Source: Trichlorobacter lovleyi (GTDB taxonomy: Bacteria > Desulfobacterota > Desulfuromonadia > Geobacterales > Pseudopelobacteraceae). From it: DNA of 42,444 bases. A program made the position numbers and the translations under genes. The stretch lies in NCBI GenBank assembly GCA_020721175.1, contig DYNH01000002.1, positions 1 through 42,444 on the forward strand, written 5' to 3'. Shown here piece after piece: positions 1-5,569 of the stretch; position 1 is the stretch's first letter; each line of letters begins with the position of its first letter. Under the pieces are notes generated by a model. That model was not told where the DNA came from. It worked only from the letters and a program-made list of their open reading frames with translations, and searched no databases.

Positions 1-2
1 CT

Positions 3-50
3 GGACGCTGGAGCGTCTAAAACCGGTTCCCACGCAGGAGCGTGGGAACC
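3..50. repeat. REP-like palindromic element (two hairpins)
   Basis: GACGC-TGGA-GCGTC at 4-17 and a perfect 11-bp stem GGTTCCCACGC-AGGA-GCGTGGGAACC at 25-50; related copy at 8958-8978. Confidence 0.7.
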
Positions 51-121
51 ATAAAATGACCCGCAATTGGCTGCTCAAATCCAGAAACTAAAAGCAGTCG
101 TTACAAGTAAAACTTAGCAAA

Positions 122-171
122 TTGGAAGCCTGACCCCACTTTTGCCTGCAACTTGGAAGCCTGACCCCACT
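122..171 (+). repeat. Two direct copies of TTGGAAGCCTGACCCCACT
   Basis: 19-bp identical copies at 122-140 and 153-171; the reverse complement of 152-168 occurs at 1391-1407. Confidence 0.85.
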
Positions 172-176
172 CTTAC

Positions 177-308
177 CTCCAAACGTTTCCAGACGACTAT
201 ATCTTTTTAGGGTCAGTCGCTCGACAGTTCACGCAAGTTGGAAATGCAGTCCCTCCAATTTTAGGCTCTCAAATAGCTCAAGCAATTTTCAAGAGTTTTT
301 ATTGTTAA
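177..308 (+). pseudogene. 3' remnant of a C5-cytosine DNA methyltransferase (Dcm family)
   Basis: Manual translation LQTFPDDYIFLGSVARQFTQVGNAVPPILGSQIAQAIFKSFYC* matches motifs IX-X (LQ.FPD.Y.F.G...QVGNAVPP); no start codon, truncated at the 122-171 repeats; absent from the ORF track. Confidence 0.85.
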
Positions 309-408
309 GACTCGTATTTCTGAACGGTTCCAGACACTCTATTCAGGGAAATTCTTCCCTCGTTACGATTTCCATAAACTATATTCGTAAAAACAAGGAA
401 ACTGAAAC

Positions 409-466
409 TGCTAACCAGCGCCAAGACTGGCCCAAATACCTGCCGGTCAGACTTTGAACGTTAAAC
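409..466 (+). mobile_element. Degenerate attC-like site (58 bp)
   Basis: TGCTAAC (409-415), inner stem GACTGGC/GCCGGTC (425-431/442-448), then GTTAAAC (460-466, fits GTTRRRY). Confidence 0.4.
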
Positions 467-543
467 CCGAAAAACAAAATTATTCTTTATTCTTATCTAC
501 CTTCGTGCTACTGAAAATCGGATAAATTGAACAGGAGTTTACA

Positions 544-960
544 GTGTCACTCCCTCATCATCCGGCTATAGGCACAATAGTAATTTGTGATTTTGCAGGA
601 AAAATACCAGAAATGGCCTCACGCCACCCTGCGGTTGTTATCACCCCTCAGTTGCCGGGTAGAAACAGGTTGTGTGCCGTAGTCCCCCTAAGTACCACCG
701 AACCTGACAATATGATGCCTTACCACTATAAATTGCACTTCAATCCACTACTGCCTCATCCGTATACTAACGAATACTCGTGGGTTAAAGCTGACATGAT
801 TACAACAGTTTCACTAGACCGTCTACACTTCCTTCGGAGAGGAAAATCCACAGGAACTAGGTAATACGATATCCGAGTAATAAGTGAATACGACTTGAGG
901 CAAATTCAAAAATGCATCCTACATGCACTCCAGCTTTCTTTGTTGACATCCCAATTTTAG
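544..960 (+). pseudogene. PemK/MazF-family (YifN-like) endoribonuclease toxin with an in-frame TAA at 862-864
   Basis: GTG start after AGGAG; motifs GTIVICDF..PEM, PAVVI, VVPLSTT, WVKADMI..VS..RL; the frame continues past TAA as YDIRVISEYDLRQIQKCILHALQLSLLTSQF* to TAG at 958-960, giving a 138-aa family-sized protein. Confidence 0.8.
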
Positions 961-972
961 AATTGGTATTAT
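943..972 (+). promoter_or_regulatory. Sigma70 promoter overlapping the toxin gene 3' end
   Basis: TTGACA 943-948, 18-bp spacer, extended -10 TG-g-TATTAT (964-972). Confidence 0.7.
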
Positions 973-977
973 AAAGA

Positions 978-1100
978 TGTCACCCGCTCTGCTTAGGTAT
1001 TCGGGATTAAGTCCGCTTCGGCGGCCGCCATACTTATAGAGATTGCAATCTGGTATGGTGTCATTTTGGGGCGACCTTATATTTAGTAAGGTCGCCCTTT
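978..1100 (+). ncRNA. Putative structured small RNA (candidate RNA antitoxin)
   Basis: Lies between the promoter and a terminator hairpin, no ORF; stems CCCG/CGGG (983-1005), CCGC-UUCG-GCGG (1013-1024), CGCCAUACU/GGUAUGGUG with apical AGAU-UGCA-AUCU (1026-1060). Confidence 0.6.
1069..1100 (+). terminator. Terminator-like hairpin ending the putative ncRNA
   Basis: 11-bp perfect stem GGGCGACCTTA/TAAGGTCGCCC (1069-1079/1087-1097) followed by TTT; the U-tract is short. Confidence 0.65.
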
Positions 1101-1117
1101 GCTATTAATGCACTCAG

Positions 1118-1242
1118 GTCTAACTGCTCAATCAACTCGGACTTGCTTACTTTGGTGGCATTAGTTGTTTTTTACATATCAGTTATCCTTTCCTGTCCGG
1201 TGGCTTCTTTTCGCAAGCCGGTTATCTCGTTACTCGTTATTG
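1118..1242 (+). mobile_element. attC-like integron cassette recombination site
   Basis: R'' GTCTAAC (1118-1124); AAC-t-CGG-a-CTTGC (1134-1146) pairs with GCAAGCCGGTT (1213-1223) leaving two extrahelical bases; R' GTT at 1229 or 1236 (CTCGTTA is duplicated). Confidence 0.6.
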
Positions 1243-1300
1243 CCCTACGACCCCCTTTGGTGCCCGATTAAACATCAAGTAAGTCAAGAATCGAGCGCAC

Positions 1301-1399
1301 GAAAAAGAAACGGGGTCAGAAAAAGAAACGGGTCAGGAAACGGGGTCACCGCAAGGTAAACGGGGTCACAAGGTAAACGGCGCAGGAAACGGGGTCAGG
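1301..1399 (+). repeat. Imperfect tandem array of AAACGGGGTCA units
   Basis: Six related units starting near 1308, 1326, 1338, 1358, 1375 (degenerate) and 1387. Confidence 0.85.
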
Positions 1400-1470
1400 C
1401 TTCCAAGATGTTAACTTGGTCGCCGATCTTGCAATTTTTGAAGCCTTATCACGCTCTGTGACCTGACCCC
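1391..1470. mobile_element. 80-bp REPIN/MITE-like element with GGGGTCAGG/CCTGACCCC ends
   Basis: 9-bp terminal inverted repeats at 1391-1399 and 1462-1470; 17 bp shared with the 152-168 repeat. Confidence 0.55.
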
Positions 1471-1480
1471 GCTCTGACCG

Positions 1481-2449
1481 CTAGCACAGAATGCTTCTTA
1501 CCAGCCAGACAGTATACCCGACATAGCAGGCCAGCAACACAGCCCCTTCAATACGGTTAATTCTGCCAGGCCCTTTAAAACCGTAACTGAAAAAAAACAA
1601 TGAGATTGTCAGCGTTGCCATTACCATCATATCACGCGAAAAAACAATCTGGTCAAAGGCAAACGGGTGAATAGTCCCGGCAATCCCTACCACTGCCAGG
1701 GTATTAAACATGTTTGATCCGATCACATTGCCCAGGGCAATGTCATGCTCGTTTTTTCTGACTGCAATGATGGAAGAGGCTACTTCCGGTAACGAGGTTC
1801 CCACGGCCACGATGGTCAGGCCGATGAGCAGATCGCTGATGCCCAGACGACGGGCGATATCCACTGCCCCCCAGACTAGGATACGGGAACTGGCAATCAG
1901 TAGCAACAGCCCCGCAAACAACCAGAACAGAGCCATTCCAAGGGGCATTGCATTAATCTCCAGTTCATCCTCAATCTCATCAGCCAGGGCATCATCACGT
2001 CGCTTCATGCCCTGCCAGATGGTCCAGCCCATCAAACCGAAAAAAACAGCCAGGTGCAACCAGCCATCAAGCCGTGTCAACTCTCCGTCATGCATAATCA
2101 CCAGGGCAAATACGGTCACTACTGACAATATCGGCAACTCTTTACGAAGCACCTGTGAATGCACAGCAATCGGGCTGATCAGAGCAGTTAATCCGAGGAT
2201 CAGCGCTATGTTGGTGATATTCGAGCCGTAGGCGTTACCCAGGGCAATGCCGGGATTTCCATTCCAAGAGGATAGAACAGACACCATCATCTCGGGGGCC
2301 GAGGTTCCAAAACCTACAATTACCATACCGATCATAAGCGATGGCATACCAAAATAGCGGGCAACTGCGGCGGCTCCGTCAACAAAACGGTCCGCGCTCC
2401 AGACAAGCAACGCCAATCCTGCTACCACGGCAATTAACGGCAATGTCAT
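1481..2449 (-). CDS. Calcium/sodium antiporter (CaCA family, YrbG-like)
   Basis: 322 aa, hydrophobic; alpha repeats GTSAPE...GNAYGSNITN and GTSLPE...GNVIGSNMFN. Confidence 0.92.
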   Translation of the reverse strand: MTLPLIAVVAGLALLVWSADRFVDGAAAVARYFGMPSLMIGMVIVGFGTSAPEMMVSVLSSWNGNPGIALGNAYGSNITNIALILGLTALISPIAVHSQVLRKELPILSVVTVFALVIMHDGELTRLDGWLHLAVFFGLMGWTIWQGMKRRDDALADEIEDELEINAMPLGMALFWLFAGLLLLIASSRILVWGAVDIARRLGISDLLIGLTIVAVGTSLPEVASSIIAVRKNEHDIALGNVIGSNMFNTLAVVGIAGTIHPFAFDQIVFSRDMMVMATLTISLFFFSYGFKGPGRINRIEGAVLLACYVGYTVWLVRSILC

Positions 2450-2500
2450 ATCGTCTTCTTCTCCATTTATGGATGCATTACAAAATTAAGTTAAGCAATT

Positions 2501-2580
2501 ATCCGTTCATGGTGAGCTTGTCGAACCATGAACGGATGCCCTTCGACTGTTCGACAAGCTCACAGCTCAGGGCGAACGGA
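2501..2580. repeat. REP-like CCGTTC..GAGCTTGTCGAA family element
   Basis: 13-bp stem ATCCGTTCATGGT/ACCATGAACGGAT (2501-2537), then CCCTTCGAC..GCTCAGGGCGAACGG; degenerate relative at 5436-5535. Confidence 0.75.
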
Positions 2581-2600
2581 GTTTGTTAATGTTGCTCTGT

Positions 2601-2655
2601 AAGGCTTCCTATGTTTCGTTGTAACCTGCCGGAATCTATGCCGGTGTTAACTGTA
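2601..2655 (-). promoter_or_regulatory. Probable Na+-I (DUF1646-motif) riboswitch
   Basis: Minus strand CAGUUAACA-CCGG-CAUAGAUU-CCGG-C-AGGUU-ACAACGAAACAUAGGA-AGCCU: two hairpins plus a possible GUU/AAC pseudoknot; starts at the predicted TSS and precedes a Na+-coupled antiporter; family assigned from recalled consensus. Confidence 0.55.
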
Positions 2656-2661
2656 AGCACT

Positions 2662-2721
2662 TTTGTACACCCATTTTCCCCTGTTGGTCAACTTGACAAG
2701 CACTGTTTTAGTTGTAATTAT
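2662..2721. promoter_or_regulatory. Back-to-back divergent sigma70 promoters
   Basis: Minus: TTGACC (2691-2686), 18 bp, TACAAA (2667-2662). Plus: TTGACA (2693-2698), 17 bp, TG-t-AATTAT (2713-2721). Confidence 0.45.
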
Positions 2722-2760
2722 TCCAAAATCATATACAGCTTTTGATATACGCAGGAGATA

Positions 2761-4338
2761 ATGGTGATAACGAACCAAATCAAATATCAGATGAAAAAGC
2801 TTAGAGATTATCTGGCCCTGAAAACCAAAATGGTTAATCATCAGGGGATCATCCATGAGGTAGCTTCCGGAGTTGAGCATTCCTGGGTCTATTACCTGAT
2901 GCTGGTAATGGCTGGCCTGATCGCCCTGCTGGGGCTGTTGACAAACAGCGTGGCGGTGGTGATCGGCGCCATGCTGATCTCGCCGCTGATGGGTCCGATC
3001 ATCTCATCTGGCCTGGCCCTGACCATCGGCGATCTTCCCCTGGCACGACGTGCCTTTCGTACCATTGCTGTCAGCGTCATACTGACCATCCTGCTCACCG
3101 CCTTTGTCACCTTCCTGTCGCCCTTGAAAGAACCAACGGCTGAGATTCTGGCCAGGGTACGGCCCAACATCTACGACCTGTTTGTAGCGATGCTGTCAGG
3201 CATTGTTGGAGCAGTGGCGCTCTGCACCAAGCGTAATTACCTGATTACCGCCACCGGAGTGGCAGTAGCCACTGCGGTTATTCCACCTTTAAGTGTAGCA
3301 GGCTATGGCCTGGGCACCGGTCAATTCATGCTGGGACTGGGCGGATTTCTGCTGTTTTTCACCAACTTTGTGGCCATTGTACTAACATCGGACATGATCT
3401 TTTTCATTATGGGGTTTCGCACCAGCCATGTCGAGAGCATCAAATATTCACAACGCACCCGTCTGCTGATCATAACTGCACTGTTACTGTTTATCTCCAT
3501 CCCGCTGGTTCACACCCTGGTGGTTGATATCAACAAGCTAAACACTAAAAAACAGATTGAAAAGGTATTGAAGAAACACCTGAACAGGGAAAACCTTTCT
3601 CGCATGACCGGATATTCGTTCAGGCAACTTAAGGGCAAGACCGATGTCAGGACAACGGTCAATACAGTGAAATACATTGCCAAACCTGCTGAACAAGGCA
3701 TTGAATCAGAATTGGAAGCCAGTCTTGGGAATAAGATTGACCTGCATCTTGAACAGGTTCTGGTGGCATCGGAACAACTTCCTGAACAGCATGAAGCTGT
3801 GCTGCTGCCAGAAAAGCCCAGAGAAACCGGAGCAGAGATCAGTGCCAGGGCCGCAAAACTGGTCGGCACGGCTGAACAGCTTCTCTCTGAAGCCTTATCC
3901 CCCTTTACGTTAACCAACACCCGACTGGCCTTTTCAAGCGGCAGTCAACCGCTTGAAGCATCAGCAACCCTTCGCCGTGACTGGCCTGTCAGCAGTGATG
4001 AATTACTGCTTCTGACCAGACAGCTTGAGCAGGCTCTGGAGCAGCCGTTACACCTGGAGATAAAGACCGTACCGCTAGTGCCACCAGTCAGCTTCAACAA
4101 AGACAACAGCCTGACCCCAGAAAGTATTGCAGATCTGGCAGTGATCAAACAGTTGCCAGGCAATCCGGACAATTACCGCTATCAACTGCTGGTGACTGGT
4201 CGTAACAATCGTCTGATGGTTACCAGGCTGCACAAGCATCTGACTGAAAATCTTCAGGTGCCGAAACAGGCCATTGAAATCAGGAACAGAAATACGAAAG
4301 TACCGACAGAGATTGTCCTGCGTGTGTTGAGACGATGA
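2761..4338 (+). CDS. DUF389 / TIGR00341-family membrane protein with a long C-terminal domain
   Basis: Motifs NSVAVVIGAMLISPLMGPI, EILARVRPN, GVAVATAVIPPLSV, LLFFTN; RBS AGGAGA at 2753-2758. Confidence 0.85.
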   Translation: MVITNQIKYQMKKLRDYLALKTKMVNHQGIIHEVASGVEHSWVYYLMLVMAGLIALLGLLTNSVAVVIGAMLISPLMGPIISSGLALTIGDLPLARRAFRTIAVSVILTILLTAFVTFLSPLKEPTAEILARVRPNIYDLFVAMLSGIVGAVALCTKRNYLITATGVAVATAVIPPLSVAGYGLGTGQFMLGLGGFLLFFTNFVAIVLTSDMIFFIMGFRTSHVESIKYSQRTRLLIITALLLFISIPLVHTLVVDINKLNTKKQIEKVLKKHLNRENLSRMTGYSFRQLKGKTDVRTTVNTVKYIAKPAEQGIESELEASLGNKIDLHLEQVLVASEQLPEQHEAVLLPEKPRETGAEISARAAKLVGTAEQLLSEALSPFTLTNTRLAFSSGSQPLEASATLRRDWPVSSDELLLLTRQLEQALEQPLHLEIKTVPLVPPVSFNKDNSLTPESIADLAVIKQLPGNPDNYRYQLLVTGRNNRLMVTRLHKHLTENLQVPKQAIEIRNRNTKVPTEIVLRVLRR

Positions 4339-4362
4339 GAAAAGCAACACTGAAAGAAAATT

Positions 4363-4597
4363 GGTTATCTATTCAGCTTGCTACATAAATAGTGTCATTC
4401 CCGAGGGTGTAATCGGGAATCTGGTGTTGGTTATAAAACCATATCCCCGATAGATGCATTCGAGGATGACAATCTTTTTGAAAGAACCTCATATTTATAA
4501 AACAATAAAAGCCAAATCAGCGCCTTCGTTATCACTCAGGATGACGGCAATCCATCACTCAGGATAACAGCAATCTTCAATATGCTGAATAGTTACC
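4363..4597. mobile_element. MITE-like element carrying REP-like palindromes
   Basis: Imperfect TIRs GGTTATCTATTCAGC / GCTGAATAGTTACC (9-bp perfect core); internal GTCATTCCCG..CGGGAAT..GGATGAC palindrome at 4393-4471; 22-bp direct repeat at 4531-4552/4554-4575. Confidence 0.5.
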
Positions 4598-4633
4598 ATT
4601 TGCAGTAGGTTTATTAAGAGGGAGACTATCGTT

Positions 4634-5410
4634 ATGAAAGTGGGACTCATTGGATTTGGTAAAACCGGAAAAGCCGTTGCCTCAATTCTGCTGCAAAGTC
4701 AGGATACAAACCTGCAGTGGGTTGTACGTAGATCACACAGCCTTGAGCATCGTTCCGTACCTGAATTTCTCGGTATTGAGTCAAAGGAACCGGGGCTCAT
4801 CTATTCTAAAGAGGAATATTCTGCTACTGATCTGATCAGACGAATGCCCGTTGATGTCATTATTGATTTTTCTTCAGAAGACGGACTTGACTACTATGGA
4901 CAGGCTGCTGTTGAACAAGGTGTTGCCATTGTGAGCGCCATTTCTTCATACAACCCTGACACGATACAGATGCTTAAGCTATTTGGAGCTCAGACCAAAG
5001 TCCTCTGGTCACCCAATATTACCATTGGTATCAATTTTCTGATCATTGCTGCCAAAATCCTTAAAAAAATCGCTCCCTACACAGACATCGAAATTATTGA
5101 GGAGCATTTTAAGGCCAAACCTGAAATATCTGGCACAGCACGAAAGATTGCTCAGGCTCTTACCCTGCCTGAAGATGATATCAAGGTGGTCAGGGCCGGT
5201 GGTATAATCGGTGTACATGAAATTCTCTTTGGTTTCCCCTTTCAAACAGTTCGTTTGCGTCATGAATCAATTTCCCGTGAGGCTTTTGGTAATGGAGTGT
5301 TGTTTGCAGCACAACATCTTATCAATCAACCAGATGGACTTTACACAATGGAAGATCTGTTGATGCCATACTTTCAGTTAGACACCAAGCTGCCGTGCGT
5401 AAATAGCTAA
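4634..5410 (+). CDS. DapB-like NAD(P)-dependent reductase (4-hydroxy-tetrahydrodipicolinate reductase family), divergent
   Basis: GLIGFGKTG Rossmann motif, DVIIDFS, SPNITIGIN, EIIEEH...SGTA, RAGGIIGVH, HESISREAF. Confidence 0.8.
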   Translation: MKVGLIGFGKTGKAVASILLQSQDTNLQWVVRRSHSLEHRSVPEFLGIESKEPGLIYSKEEYSATDLIRRMPVDVIIDFSSEDGLDYYGQAAVEQGVAIVSAISSYNPDTIQMLKLFGAQTKVLWSPNITIGINFLIIAAKILKKIAPYTDIEIIEEHFKAKPEISGTARKIAQALTLPEDDIKVVRAGGIIGVHEILFGFPFQTVRLRHESISREAFGNGVLFAAQHLINQPDGLYTMEDLLMPYFQLDTKLPCVNS

Positions 5411-5417
5411 TATCATT

Positions 5418-5560
5418 AGGCTCTTTCAAAAGTATTCCGTTCATGGTTCGACTATTCTACAAGCTCGCGGCTTACCACAAACGGTATATAAATTGTTTGC
5501 AAACATATACCGTTTTCCCTTAGCTTGTCGAAGGGCAAAGCAGGACTTTTGCAAGAGGCT
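5418..5560. mobile_element. 143-bp MITE-like element containing degenerate REP-like hairpins
   Basis: TIRs AGGCTCTTTCAAAAGT (5418-5433) / ACTTTTGCAAGAGGCT (5545-5560), 14/16 match; internal CCGTTCATGGTTCGAC..AGCTTGTCGAAGGG related to 2501-2580. Confidence 0.6.
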
Positions 5561-5569
5561 CAAATTACC

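Noticed and set aside
182-335. AACGTTTCCAGAC / AACGGTTCCAGAC pair as attI-like direct repeats
   Set aside because: The first copy is simply the QTFPD codons of the methyltransferase remnant; the similarity is probably coincidental.
544-864. Intact 106-aa toxin, or programmed Sec/Pyl readthrough
   Set aside because: Family-like sequence continues past the stop, and the stop is TAA, which is not recoded as Sec (TGA) or Pyl (TAG).
1165-1359. 64-aa ORF as a protein antitoxin
   Set aside because: TTG start with no RBS; it runs through the attC-like site and the tandem repeats, and lies beyond the terminator.
1301-1399. CRISPR array
   Set aside because: Repeat units are ~11 bp with 1-9 nt linkers, there are no unique 25-45 nt spacers, and no cas genes are present.
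2341-2589. 82-aa plus-strand ORF
   Set aside because: It is antisense to the antiporter start and its tail is translated REP sequence.
2590-2690. yybP-ykoY (Mn2+) riboswitch upstream of the antiporter
   Set aside because: The GGGGAGUAG and GAGACC hallmarks are absent; the Na+-type motif fits better.
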